From Acidobacteriota bacterium (GTDB lineage Bacteria > Acidobacteriota > UBA4820 > DSQY01): a stretch of 49,962 nucleotides of DNA. The notes under the pieces are model-generated. The model was given only the letters and a program-made list of their open reading frames with translations. It was not told the origin of the DNA and searched no databases. This document shows positions 18,382 to 27,668 of the stretch, in pieces. The number at the start of each line of letters is the position of its first letter. The stretch's first letter is position 1. Where the stretch lies: the NCBI GenBank assembly GCA_021814355.1, contig JAKAIJ010000001.1, positions 1 to 49,962 on the forward strand, read 5' to 3'. The position numbers and the translations under genes are program-made.

Positions 18382-19568
18382 GCGGCGGCCCCTCCGGACA
18401 GGATGGTGTGGCAGTATTCGATCAGCCTTTTTGCCCCCCTCTCGGGGGCGAGCTCCTCCAGGACCCTCCTGCGGCCGTTCTCGCCGAGTCTCCGCGCCAG
18501 CGCGGGATCCGCCAGCAGCCGGACGAGGGCCCGGGCGATCTGTCCCGTCTGCTCGCCGTCCACGATCAGGCCCGTCTCCCCGTCCAGAATGGCGTCGCGC
18601 ACACCTCCCACGCGCCCTCCCACCACGGGTTTCCCGTGCGCGCCGGCCTCCAGGAAGACCGTGGGGCACCCCTCCGTGTCGCCGTTCGGAAGCTCTCGGT
18701 GGGGCATGGCGAAGACGTCACAAAGTTCGAAGAGGGCCGGCAGCTCCTCGTCCGGCACGAACCCCGCGAAAACCACCCGGTCCCCTACTCCGGTTCCGGC
18801 GGCCAGCGCCCGGAGCCGCTCTTCCTCGGGTCCCCGCCCCGCCACGAGGAGCCGCGCTCCCGGCACCCGCTCCAGAACCTCGGGGAGCGCCTCGATCAGC
18901 TTGTCCTGGCCTTTTCTCTCGATCATCCGGCCGGCCGTGAAGATGACCTTCTCGCCCTCTGGGAGATTCCAGCGCCTCCGCGCCTCCCGGAGGCCCTCCG
19001 GCGCGACCTCCGCGCCGGGCGCCACCATGGGCACGATCTTCAGGATTTTTTCCCGCGGGGCGCCGAACTGCTCCAGCAAGGACGCCGTGTAGTCGGAGAC
19101 GACGACCATCCCGGCGGCGTCGCGCGCGAGCCGCCTGTAGACCCGGCCCTTCAGCGCGCCCCAGAACCGGTCGCGTCGCTTGAGCTGGCAGTTAAGTTCC
19201 TCGGCGTAGGCGTAGAGGACGTAGGGGATTTTTTTCCTCCTCCACGTCCACCACGCGGTCACGCCCGAGAGGAAAAAGTCCCCGGCGTGGACCAGGTCGA
19301 AACGCTCCCTGCGCAGGAGAGCCGAGAGCAACCGGGCCCAGCGGAGGACCACGCGGGCCTGCCAGGCCTTGCCGAAACCGTGCCAGGGGATGCCGCTCCG
19401 GACGATCCGGTAGCGCTCGGCGCGGTCGAAGGGTTCCTGGCCCGGCCTCGCGTTGGTGAGCACCAGAACGTCCTCGGGCGGCAAGTGGGAGATCAGATTG
19501 TGGAGAAAGACCACCGACCCGCCCTCGAGCGGCGGAGGAAAGCAGTCGGTCAGAAACAGGTGCCTCAC
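18378..19568 (-). CDS. Glycosyltransferase, GT4.
   Basis: Start at GTG 19568 (GTGA overlap). The typical GT4 C-terminal domain is present: FTAGRMIERKGQDKLIEAL, LLVAGRGPEE and EGCPTVFLEAGAHGKPVV. Confidence 0.8.
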   Translation of the reverse strand: MRHLFLTDCFPPPLEGGSVVFLHNLISHLPPEDVLVLTNARPGQEPFDRAERYRIVRSGIPWHGFGKAWQARVVLRWARLLSALLRRERFDLVHAGDFFLSGVTAWWTWRRKKIPYVLYAYAEELNCQLKRRDRFWGALKGRVYRRLARDAAGMVVVSDYTASLLEQFGAPREKILKIVPMVAPGAEVAPEGLREARRRWNLPEGEKVIFTAGRMIERKGQDKLIEALPEVLERVPGARLLVAGRGPEEERLRALAAGTGVGDRVVFAGFVPDEELPALFELCDVFAMPHRELPNGDTEGCPTVFLEAGAHGKPVVGGRVGGVRDAILDGETGLIVDGEQTGQIARALVRLLADPALARRLGENGRRRVLEELAPERGAKRLIEYCHTILSGGAAA

Positions 19569-20170
19569 GGCCGTTCGGACTCCGCTGCCCGGGGGGGCAT
19601 CAACTGCTTGATCACGCGCGCTGGGTTGCCTGCCACCACGGCGTGGTCGGGGACATCCTTGGTCACCACGGCGTTCGCCGCGACGACGGCGTTCCGGCCG
19701 ATAGTCACGTTGGGCAGGATGGCGGCCCCGGTTCCTATCCAGCAACCCGCCTTCAGGCGCACGGGGCCCTTGCACTTGCTCCCCTGCTGGCGGATGGGCA
19801 CCGAGGGGTCGTCGTACACGTGGTCCTCGTCTCCTAGGAGGACCCGGTGGGTGATCAGGACGTCGGGCTCGATCACGACGTCCTGCCAGGCGTTGATGTG
19901 CACGAAGCGCCCGATGTAGACGCGGTCTCCGATGACGAGCGTGGCGCGCCCGTCCGTCCGGAAGTCCTTCACGTTGAGGGTGGCGTGGTCCGAGATCGTG
20001 ACCCCGCCGCCGACCGCGATGGCCCACGGGCAGCTCACCACCAGTCCCGGGGAGACGCGCGAGCAGGCCCCCCAAGTGTGGAAGCGCCCCCTCTGGAGCC
20101 AGGTGTACAGGAGCCTCGTGCCCCGCTCCCAAATGCTGAAGGCCTTCTCGCGCAGCCGGTGCCTCTTCAT
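19565..20170 (-). CDS. Left-handed beta-helix (hexapeptide repeat) acetyltransferase, WcaF/Mac-like.
   Basis: Start at ATG 20170 (ATGA overlap). Hexapeptide repeats: VGGGVTISDHATL, IGDRVYIGRFVHI, AGCWIGTGAAILPNVTIGRNAVVAANAVV. Confidence 0.75.
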   Translation of the reverse strand: MKRHRLREKAFSIWERGTRLLYTWLQRGRFHTWGACSRVSPGLVVSCPWAIAVGGGVTISDHATLNVKDFRTDGRATLVIGDRVYIGRFVHINAWQDVVIEPDVLITHRVLLGDEDHVYDDPSVPIRQQGSKCKGPVRLKAGCWIGTGAAILPNVTIGRNAVVAANAVVTKDVPDHAVVAGNPARVIKQLMPPRAAESERP

Positions 20171-21588
20171 TCTCCTCTCCCCCTTACCCCGCCACCCCGC
20201 ATGCCCTGGCTTCCCGGGAAGCTCGGGGGGGAGACGAGTTCCAGGATCTCCTCGGCGGCAGAGCGGCGGGGAGGCAGCGGGGCCGTCGGCACCGCGCGGT
20301 AATCCCCCGAGAGGAACCCGGCCACTTCCTCGGCGGTCACCAGGAGGGGCGCCCCGATCCAGCGGAAGTCCGCCTCGCCGAACGGAATCTCGGCCACGTT
20401 CACATCGGCAATGGGGAGGCCCATCAGGTAGGCGGTCTCCAGGGCGGTGGAACCCGTGCTCAGGGCCACATCGGCCGCGGCGATGTCCTCCACGAGGGAG
20501 GCTCCGCGGGACACCATGGGGTCCACTCCCGAAGCCCTCAGAATCCGCTCGGTCTCCGGCGCAAGCTCGGTGGGGTGCTGCCGGAACAGGACTCTCGGGC
20601 GCCTCGCTCCGGGGGTCCTGGAGACCCCCTCCGCGAACGCCCGGCACATCCCGGGGTAGGTCTCCCAGGCCAGGGTTCGGTCCACCGACTTGCCCCCGAG
20701 GAACAGGACGACCGGCTCTTCGGCACCGAGGTTCAACTCGGCTCGCCGCCGTTCCCGCAGCAGGCGGCGCTCCTCCTCCGAGGGCAGCATCGGGTTCACG
20801 GCGATGGCGATGTGGCTCTCCGCCCAACCGCACTGGCGCAACATCCTCTCGCCTAGGCCCGACCAGACGACAGCGCAGTCGCAGGTCGTGTTCCGGTAGA
20901 GCGAGCCGTTCGGAAGGCCCTGCTGGACCAGGACCGTGGAGATGCCCAACCGACGGGCCGCGAGGAACAGCGTGCTGGTCCAGAGACCCAGGGGGCTGGT
21001 GGAAACCACTGCCCGGACGCCCATTGGCGCGAGCAGAACCTCCCAGCGCTCGGTGAGCCGGTCAATGGCCCTCTGCATCGTGACGAGGGCGAGGCGCAGC
21101 AGCCCCTTGGCCGGCACGGAGGCCCTTCGGACTCCCTTCGATCCCGCCCGGCGCCGGAGGCCGCAGGGCGTGTTCACGGGGACCCCGAGGACCGGGAGCG
21201 CCCCGAGGTCGCAGGCGGTCACGCGGGCCCTCACCTCTTCGTCGAGGTGGGGCTGATTCGTGGTAAACCCGACCCTCGCCCCTCTCCAAGCCAGGTCCCG
21301 GGCCACCGGGAGCCAGGCGTCGGCGTGAAAGGCCCCCAGGCTGGCGTCTACGAGGATCTCCACGAAAGGGAGGCCCCCACCGTTCGAGGGAGGCCTCAGG
21401 GCGGAGAGCTCGGCGCGGGCGAACCCCGCGGCCGTCTTGACCTGCTCGGCCCGACTCGGTGCGATGAGGATAGAGGGAAGGTAAATCCCATAGTACTTCG
21501 GGTTGGCGGAGATGTAGGCTGCCAGCGTTTCTTGAAAAACCTCAAAGGTCCGCTTCTCTTCCACGGGTCTATCCCACCCGGGCCGCAC
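20167..21588 (-). CDS. Hypothetical protein, possibly a GT-B-like transferase; no confident family.
   Basis: This ORF has coding-like codon usage and sits between wzx and the acetyltransferase gene. The C-terminal half (VVLFLGGKS...VLFRQHP...ADVALSTGSTALETAYLMGLPI) resembles the donor-binding half of KpsS-like, sialyltransferase-like or epimerase-like GT-B proteins. The start is GTG 21588 (20-nt overlap with wzx) or GTG 21564. Confidence 0.5.
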   Translation of the reverse strand: MRPGWDRPVEEKRTFEVFQETLAAYISANPKYYGIYLPSILIAPSRAEQVKTAAGFARAELSALRPPSNGGGLPFVEILVDASLGAFHADAWLPVARDLAWRGARVGFTTNQPHLDEEVRARVTACDLGALPVLGVPVNTPCGLRRRAGSKGVRRASVPAKGLLRLALVTMQRAIDRLTERWEVLLAPMGVRAVVSTSPLGLWTSTLFLAARRLGISTVLVQQGLPNGSLYRNTTCDCAVVWSGLGERMLRQCGWAESHIAIAVNPMLPSEEERRLLRERRRAELNLGAEEPVVLFLGGKSVDRTLAWETYPGMCRAFAEGVSRTPGARRPRVLFRQHPTELAPETERILRASGVDPMVSRGASLVEDIAAADVALSTGSTALETAYLMGLPIADVNVAEIPFGEADFRWIGAPLLVTAEEVAGFLSGDYRAVPTAPLPPRRSAAEEILELVSPPSFPGSQGMRGGGVRGRGE

Positions 21589-22936
21589 GCCGGTCGTGGG
21601 CAGCGCACGCCCACCAGCTCGTGCCGACGCTCACCAGCGAGAACAGGAACGTGCTGACCAGCATGGCCTGGGCGGCGGCGACGGTGAGGTCGGCTCCTGG
21701 CGCGCGCGTCAGGAGCTTCCAGGCAGCCCAATAGCCGGCTATCCCGACGCTCCAACCGATCAGGTACAGGTCCTGGCGCTTGATGATGTTGAAGATGTTG
21801 TTGAAGACGTAGAGCCCCATCGCCAGGCCGAGGAAGGAGGCCCACTGGGCGGCCCGGATTCCCGAGACGTAGTTCGGGAGGAACCACTCTACCACGTACC
21901 GCGTCGCGACCCAGCCCGCGATGCCGACCGCGGCGCCGAGAGCCGAGGCCGCGAGCGACGCCTTGGCGGCCAGCACCCAGAGGCCCCCGGCCCGCTGGGT
22001 CTCGCCGTAGCGCTGCGCCATCCGGGGGTAGACCACCGTGGAAAAGGAGTTCGGCACGAGGCTCGCCGCCGTGCCGGCCTGGAGCGCGAGGGTGTACAGT
22101 CCGAGGGCGTGGGTGGACTGCATGAGAAAGACGCGGTCGAGGGAGCCCTGGAGGGCGGAGAGCTGGCCTAGGATATAGATCGGTACGCCGACCTTCACCA
22201 GAGAGACGAGTCGCGCCGTCCCCCACCTCGGACGCACGGGAATCGGGCGCCGGAAGTGGAGGGCCGCGACCGCGAGAAAACCGAGGAGGGCGGCCCGGAC
22301 GAGCATCCCATGGAAGCCGTACTGCCTCACAAGGAGCATCAGGACGACTCCCACGAGCGCGACGATGGTGTTGTTCCGGGCGAGGCGGCCGAACTCGTGG
22401 TGCGTCCGGTAGGTGGTGCCCAGGTAGGCGGAGAACCACCAGAAGAAGGCCGTCACCCCCAGCGCCAGCGCCGCCCACGCCAGCTTGGCCTGGCCGCGCG
22501 CGAAGAACCAGGCCGTGACCACGAGGACCGCCGGGCAGGTGACCGCGGCCAGCGCCACGGCCCACCCGTACGCTGCCTCCGCCATGCCGCGGGCCTCTTC
22601 GCCGAGGCCCCGCCCGACGAGGTAGGGGAGCTCCCGGTTGAGCCCGCTGAAGACGCCCAGCGTGAGGAAGGGCGCGTACACCAGGACGATGCTGACGGTG
22701 TTCCAGACGCCCATGTCGTAGGGGGCGACCCAGCGGGCCATCAGGAACCCCGTCGCCACCTGGATCGCCAGGACCGCCAGGTTCCCGGCGCTGATCTGAG
22801 CCACGGAGGCCATGACGGGGCTTCGCGCGTACTCGAAGACGGCCCGCCAGCCCCGTCGCAGCGGCACCGACGGAGCGGTCATCGCTCCGCCGGCCCGCGC
22901 GCGCAGGCCGCCCGTCTCACCATCCGGTTCCGTCAT
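21569..22936 (-). CDS. wzx: Polysaccharide flippase (Wzx / MOP superfamily-like).
   Basis: About 455 aa with many predicted helices throughout. Its position is typical, next to aminotransferase and transferase genes. ATG 22936 lies 5 nt after the upstream stop; ATG 22882 is an alternative. The gene ends at TAG 21571..21569. Confidence 0.65.
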   Translation of the reverse strand: MTEPDGETGGLRARAGGAMTAPSVPLRRGWRAVFEYARSPVMASVAQISAGNLAVLAIQVATGFLMARWVAPYDMGVWNTVSIVLVYAPFLTLGVFSGLNRELPYLVGRGLGEEARGMAEAAYGWAVALAAVTCPAVLVVTAWFFARGQAKLAWAALALGVTAFFWWFSAYLGTTYRTHHEFGRLARNNTIVALVGVVLMLLVRQYGFHGMLVRAALLGFLAVAALHFRRPIPVRPRWGTARLVSLVKVGVPIYILGQLSALQGSLDRVFLMQSTHALGLYTLALQAGTAASLVPNSFSTVVYPRMAQRYGETQRAGGLWVLAAKASLAASALGAAVGIAGWVATRYVVEWFLPNYVSGIRAAQWASFLGLAMGLYVFNNIFNIIKRQDLYLIGWSVGIAGYWAAWKLLTRAPGADLTVAAAQAMLVSTFLFSLVSVGTSWWACAAHDRRAARVG

Positions 22937-22941
22937 GCTAC

Positions 22942-24105
22942 TCAGCACGCCCCCGCTTCGGCGAGATGGGCGAGGAGGGATTCGATCACCCGCTCCTGCT
23001 GGGCTTCGGTGAGCGACACGCTGCACGGCAGGCTCAGGCCCTGGGCGAAGAGCCGCTCGCCCACCGCGCCGCCCAGACGGGGCGCGTCCCGATAGAAGGG
23101 CATGAGGTGGGCCGGGGCCCAGACGGGGCGCGTCTCGATGCCCTCCGCGGCCAAGCGCTCGAAGAGCGCCTTCCGGTCAAGGCCCGCCTCCTCGGGATCC
23201 ACGAGGATCGAGTAAAGCCAGAGGGTGGGGCCGGCCCAGGAGGGCCTCGGCGGGACCGTTACGCCGGGGAGGTTTGCGAGAGCCTCGTCGTACCGTGCCG
23301 CGATCGCGCGCTTCCTTTCGATGAAGGCCCCGAGCTTCTCGAGCTGGGCCACGCCGAGGGCCGCGTTCAGGTTGGTCAGCCGGTAGTTGAAGCCGATCTC
23401 GTCGTGGAGATACTCGGGCCCGGGCAGCCTCGCCTGGGTGGTGAGGTGTTTGGCCCGCTTGGCCAGCGCCCCGTCCGCGGTGGCGATCATCCCGCCGCCG
23501 CCCGTGGTGATGATCTTGTTCCCGTTGAAGCTGAAGCAGCCGAGGAGCCCCACGGTCCCAACCTGGCGGCCCGCGAGGGGCCCCGAGGCGTAGCTGGCGC
23601 CGAGGGCCTCCGCCGCGTCCTCCACGAGAACCACGCCGTGCCGTGCGCACGCCTCCGCAACGGAGGCCAGGTCGGCCGGAAGCCCCAGGATGTGGGCCGC
23701 GAGGACGGCCTTGGGCATCTTCGCGCCCGCGCGCGCCCGGCGCTCGAGCTCCGCCACCACGAAGTCCGGGGCGAGGTTCCAGGTGGCCAGGTCGGCGTCC
23801 ACCAGGACCGGCCGGGCCCCCAGGTAGGTGATGGGGTTCACCGTCGCCACGAAGGTGAAGTCCGACACCAGGACGTCGTCCTCCGGCCCGACGCCCGCCA
23901 CCTTGAGCGCCACGTGGAGCGCGGCGGTCCCGTTGGCGCAGGCGACGGCGTGGCCAGCCCCCGCACGGGCGGCGAACTCCACCTCGAAGCGGCCCACGAA
24001 GGGCCCCACCGAGGAGACGAAGTTGGTCTCGACGCACTCCCGGAGGTAGCGCTCGGCGTTGCCTTCCAGGCAGGGGACGGAGAGCGGGATGGTTTCCATG
24101 CTCAT
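22942..24105 (-). CDS. legC: DegT/DnrJ/EryC1-family PLP-dependent sugar aminotransferase, LegC-like.
   Basis: ANGTAALHVAL is present, and the Lys-containing motif CFSFNGNKIITTGGGGMI matches my recollection of LegC-type enzymes rather than WbpE or PglE. Length 387 aa. Confidence 0.7.
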   Translation of the reverse strand: MSMETIPLSVPCLEGNAERYLRECVETNFVSSVGPFVGRFEVEFAARAGAGHAVACANGTAALHVALKVAGVGPEDDVLVSDFTFVATVNPITYLGARPVLVDADLATWNLAPDFVVAELERRARAGAKMPKAVLAAHILGLPADLASVAEACARHGVVLVEDAAEALGASYASGPLAGRQVGTVGLLGCFSFNGNKIITTGGGGMIATADGALAKRAKHLTTQARLPGPEYLHDEIGFNYRLTNLNAALGVAQLEKLGAFIERKRAIAARYDEALANLPGVTVPPRPSWAGPTLWLYSILVDPEEAGLDRKALFERLAAEGIETRPVWAPAHLMPFYRDAPRLGGAVGERLFAQGLSLPCSVSLTEAQQERVIESLLAHLAEAGAC

Positions 24106-24118
24106 GGAATCTCTCTTC

Positions 24119-25492
24119 TCAAAACTGGTAATAGAGAAAGACCGTGTCGCGGCCGTTCATGAACAGGTAGGCGCAGAAGAGGGCGGCGGCGCTGGCCGCG
24201 GCCCAGCGGTGGCTGGCCTTGTAGGGGAACTCCCAGCTCGACGGGAGGCCGTTCGCCGCGAGGAGGCAGAGCCCGATGAGGCCGGCCAGCAGGGCCGGCG
24301 CGCCCGCCGCTCCAGACCGGTCGAGCCCGAACATTTTTCCCAGCCAGACCGCGGCCATGTGGAAGTCCGTGGCCCGGAACAGCACCCATCCGACGATGAC
24401 CAGGACGAACGTGAGCCCCCGGAACAGGGGCTTCGGCAGCCGCGCCGTCAGCGGCCCCGCGAGGCGGTCCAGGATGAGCAGGAGTCCGTGGTAGGCGCCC
24501 CACGCGACGAAGGTCCAGTTCGCGCCGTGCCAGAGCCCGCCCAGGAGCATCGTGAGCATCAGGTTGAGATCCGTGCGCAGCGCCCCGCGGCGGTTTCCGC
24601 CCAGGGAGATGTAGAGGTAATCCCGCAGCCAGCTCGAGAGGCTGATGTGCCAGCGGCGCCAGAAATCCCGGATGCCCAGCGCCTGATAGGGGACGTTGAA
24701 GTTCTGGGGGATCCGGATGCCGAACAGGTACCCGAGCCCGATGGCCATGTCGGAGTACCCGCTGAAGTCGTAGTAGAGCTGGAACGTGTACCCCAGCGCC
24801 GCCCCCCACGCGCCCCACGTGGAGAGCGCCCCGTAGTCCGAGAGCATGGGGTTGACGAACTGGGCCAGCGTGTCGGCGAGGATCACCTTCTTGACCATGC
24901 CGACCGCGAAGAAGCCCACCCCCCGGGCGACGTAGTCCTCGGGGAGGCTCCGGTCAATGTGCTCCAGGTCGTCCTCGATCTGGCGGAACCGGACGATCGG
25001 GCCGGCCACGAGCTGCGAGAAGAGGCAGACGTAGGTGAAGTACTCCCAGATGTTGCCGGTGGCGCGGACCCGGCCCTGGGCCACATCCACGATGTAGGAG
25101 ATGGTGTGGAAGGTGTAGAAGCTGATCCCCACCGGCAGGATGATGTTGAGGATGGGGAGGGCGGCTTCCCCCGCCAGGCCGTTGAGGGTCCCGGCGGCGA
25201 AGTTGTAGTACTTGAAGAAACCGAGCAGCGCCAGGTCCACGGTGATGGAGGTCGCCATCCAGAGCAGGCGCCTGCCGGCGGTGGCGGAACGCTGGATGAG
25301 GAGCGCGGAGAAGAAGCTGACCAGGCTGGAGAAGGCGAGCAGGAAGCAGTAGCGCCAGTCCCAGTAGCCGTAGAAGACGTACCCGCTCACCGTGAGCAGG
25401 AGGTACCGCTGGCGCTTGGTCTTTGAGAGCCAGAAGAGGCTGAAGACCACCGGGAAGAACAGGAAGAGGAAGACGTTCGAGTTAAAGACCAT
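24119..25492 (-). CDS. MBOAT-family membrane O-acyltransferase (AlgI/DltB/PatA-like).
   Basis: The typical AlgI N-terminus is MVFNSNVFLFLFFPVVF. Also present are FWRRWHISLSSWLRDYLYISLGGNR and LLGGLWHGANW, which contains the conserved His. Confidence 0.85.
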   Translation of the reverse strand: MVFNSNVFLFLFFPVVFSLFWLSKTKRQRYLLLTVSGYVFYGYWDWRYCFLLAFSSLVSFFSALLIQRSATAGRRLLWMATSITVDLALLGFFKYYNFAAGTLNGLAGEAALPILNIILPVGISFYTFHTISYIVDVAQGRVRATGNIWEYFTYVCLFSQLVAGPIVRFRQIEDDLEHIDRSLPEDYVARGVGFFAVGMVKKVILADTLAQFVNPMLSDYGALSTWGAWGAALGYTFQLYYDFSGYSDMAIGLGYLFGIRIPQNFNVPYQALGIRDFWRRWHISLSSWLRDYLYISLGGNRRGALRTDLNLMLTMLLGGLWHGANWTFVAWGAYHGLLLILDRLAGPLTARLPKPLFRGLTFVLVIVGWVLFRATDFHMAAVWLGKMFGLDRSGAAGAPALLAGLIGLCLLAANGLPSSWEFPYKASHRWAAASAAALFCAYLFMNGRDTVFLYYQF

Positions 25493-26564
25493 TCTTTTCC
25501 CGGTCGCGGGCCAGCGCGCGCACGATCAGCGCCGCGTTGCTCTCGTCCACATGCCCCCCGTCGTACCACCCCGTCTCCGTCCCGCCGAAGCCGCCCGGCT
25601 CGCTGAAGTCGCGGAAGGGAGCGCCCGCTTCCTTCGCGCTCGCGGCGGCGAACTCGCGCGCGGCAGAGAGCAGCGCGGGGTAGCGCGTTTCGCGCGCGAG
25701 GTAGGCGGCCAGGTCCGGGTGGAGGGGCGTGAGCCACAGCACGACGCGCACGCCGTCCCGCCGCGCTTCCCCGAGGAGGGTCCGGAGCCGGAGTTTCCGC
25801 TCCTCCGAGAGGCCCCGCATCTCCTTGAACCTCCGGAGGTACTCCTCGCGGCTCCCGGCGAGGTTCGCCTGGAGGTCGAAGGAGCCGTCGCGCCGCTGTC
25901 CCTCCCACCGCACGTAGTGCAGGTAGCCCGCGCCGTCGAAGCTCATCAGGACCGGAGGCCGGTGCACCGCGATCTGGAGGGAGCGAACCACGTCCTGCGC
26001 GTAGAACCGGCTCATGACGGTCTTGAGCCGGGTGAGCGCGTCGCCGAGGGGCGCTCCGCCCCCGCTTCCCGCCCCTCCGCCTTCCAGTGCCCTCATCAGC
26101 TCCGGGCAGGCCTTGAGGCGGTCGTCGAACCCGACCCCGTCGTGGAACGCCTCCACGTCGAGTCCGAGCAGGACCGAGTCCAGGCCCGGGTCCCGCCGGC
26201 GCGCCCAGCGGTAGATGGCGAGGTAGTCTTCGGCGCGGGCGCTGTCCACGGAGAAGTTGAACCACCTCTTGCCCGTGAGCCGGCCGAGGTCCTCGGGCGC
26301 GACTTTCATCGCCCGGCTCGACCCGAGCACCAGCCCCTGCACCGGCCGGGTTCGGTTGCTCCGGTCGAAGAGGTACATCTTCTCCTTCCGCGAGTCCAGC
26401 GAGACCGTGGGGAAGACGCGGATCCCGAAGTCCCCGCGCGGGTCTACCCACACCGCGAGCGCCAGGTAGGCGCCGGACAGGGCGCAGAGCCACGCCAGGA
26501 AGGTCCGCGAGAACCTCCGGCCGTCGCCGCGGGCGGTCCCGGCCTCGGGGGTCATGGTTGGCAA
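25482..26564 (-). CDS. Membrane-anchored SGNH/DltD-like partner of the MBOAT.
   Basis: There is one N-terminal TM helix (FLAWLCALSGAYLALAVWV), a GSS block (LVLGSSRAM) and a C-terminal DxxH block (YDGGHV). It overlaps the MBOAT start by 11 nt. The start is TTG 26564 (GGAGG 6 nt upstream) or ATG 26555. Confidence 0.55.
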   Translation of the reverse strand: MPTMTPEAGTARGDGRRFSRTFLAWLCALSGAYLALAVWVDPRGDFGIRVFPTVSLDSRKEKMYLFDRSNRTRPVQGLVLGSSRAMKVAPEDLGRLTGKRWFNFSVDSARAEDYLAIYRWARRRDPGLDSVLLGLDVEAFHDGVGFDDRLKACPELMRALEGGGAGSGGGAPLGDALTRLKTVMSRFYAQDVVRSLQIAVHRPPVLMSFDGAGYLHYVRWEGQRRDGSFDLQANLAGSREEYLRRFKEMRGLSEERKLRLRTLLGEARRDGVRVVLWLTPLHPDLAAYLARETRYPALLSAAREFAAASAKEAGAPFRDFSEPGGFGGTETGWYDGGHVDESNAALIVRALARDREKNGL

Positions 26565-26675
26565 AACAAACCTCCGGATCGCCGAGAGTCCCCCCCGAAT
26601 CCCGCGAGGAACTTCTCCGCCGTCCGAAGCAAAGCTCCGGAAGGCGAATCGTGCACGATAGATCGCAACCTGGCA

Positions 26676-27668
26676 TCAGACATGGTAGCGCTCGGGATCG
26701 TAGAGGGCGAGGTTCTTCTCGATCCAGCGGGCGGTGCGCAGGAGGCCCTCCTCCAGCGCCGTGGCAGCCTCCCATCCCAGGAGGGCCTTCGCCTTGGCGG
26801 GGTCGGAGAGGAGCACCATCACCTCGCTCTTGTCGGGGCGCAGGCGCTCTTTCTCCTGGACCGCCTCCGCCCGGACGCCGAGGGCGCGGCAGGCGGCCTC
26901 GAAGAGCTCCCCCACGGAGACCGTGCGGCCCGTGCCCAGCTGGACCACCTCGCCCTCCGCGCCGGGGGCCTCGGCGGCCCTCACGAACCCCTCCACCGTG
27001 TCGGCCACGAAGGTCAGGTCGCGCCGGGGGTCCAGGCGGCCGAGCTTCACCTCCGCGCGGCCCGCGAGGAGCTGGACGAGCAGGGTGGGGAGCACCGCGC
27101 GGGTGGACTGGCGCGGCCCGTACGTGTTGAACGGGCGAAGGGTCACGACGGGGAGGCCGAAGGAGAGGTGGTAGGCCTCGCAGAGCTTGTCCGCGGCGAT
27201 CTTCGACGCGCTGTAGGGCGACTGGCCCTGCAGCGGGTGTGTCTCGCGGATGGGCAGGCTTTCGGGCGTGCCGTAGACCTCGCTGGTGGACGTGTGCACC
27301 ATCCGGCGGCAGCCGGCCCGCCGGACCGCCTCCAGCACGTTCAGCGTGCCCTTGACGTTGGTGTCCACGAAGGACTCGGGGGCCGCGTAGCTGTAGGGGA
27401 TGGCGATGAGCGCGGCCAGGTGGAAGACCGTCTCCACGCCGCGGCAGGCCTCCTCCACGAACCGCGCGTCGCGGATGTCGCCCAGGCGGACGTCGAGGCT
27501 CCTGTGCACCGCGGGCTCCGCGCCGTCGAGCCATCCCCAGGAGCCGTTGGAGTTGTACAGGCAGAAGGCCCGCACGTCCGCGCCGAGCGCCACCAGCCGC
27601 TCCGTCAGGTGGCTCCCGATGAACCCGTCCGCCCCCGTCACGAGGACCTTGCGTCCTGCCCAGCTCAC
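26676..27668 (-). CDS. legB: NDP-hexosamine 4,6-dehydratase (extended SDR), LegB-like.
   Basis: Start at GTG 27668 (GTGA overlap with the ptmE-like stop). Motifs VLVTGADGFIGSHL, STSEVYG and SPYSASKIAADK. It lies directly downstream of the PtmE-like gene. Confidence 0.7.
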   Translation of the reverse strand: MSWAGRKVLVTGADGFIGSHLTERLVALGADVRAFCLYNSNGSWGWLDGAEPAVHRSLDVRLGDIRDARFVEEACRGVETVFHLAALIAIPYSYAAPESFVDTNVKGTLNVLEAVRRAGCRRMVHTSTSEVYGTPESLPIRETHPLQGQSPYSASKIAADKLCEAYHLSFGLPVVTLRPFNTYGPRQSTRAVLPTLLVQLLAGRAEVKLGRLDPRRDLTFVADTVEGFVRAAEAPGAEGEVVQLGTGRTVSVGELFEAACRALGVRAEAVQEKERLRPDKSEVMVLLSDPAKAKALLGWEAATALEEGLLRTARWIEKNLALYDPERYHV

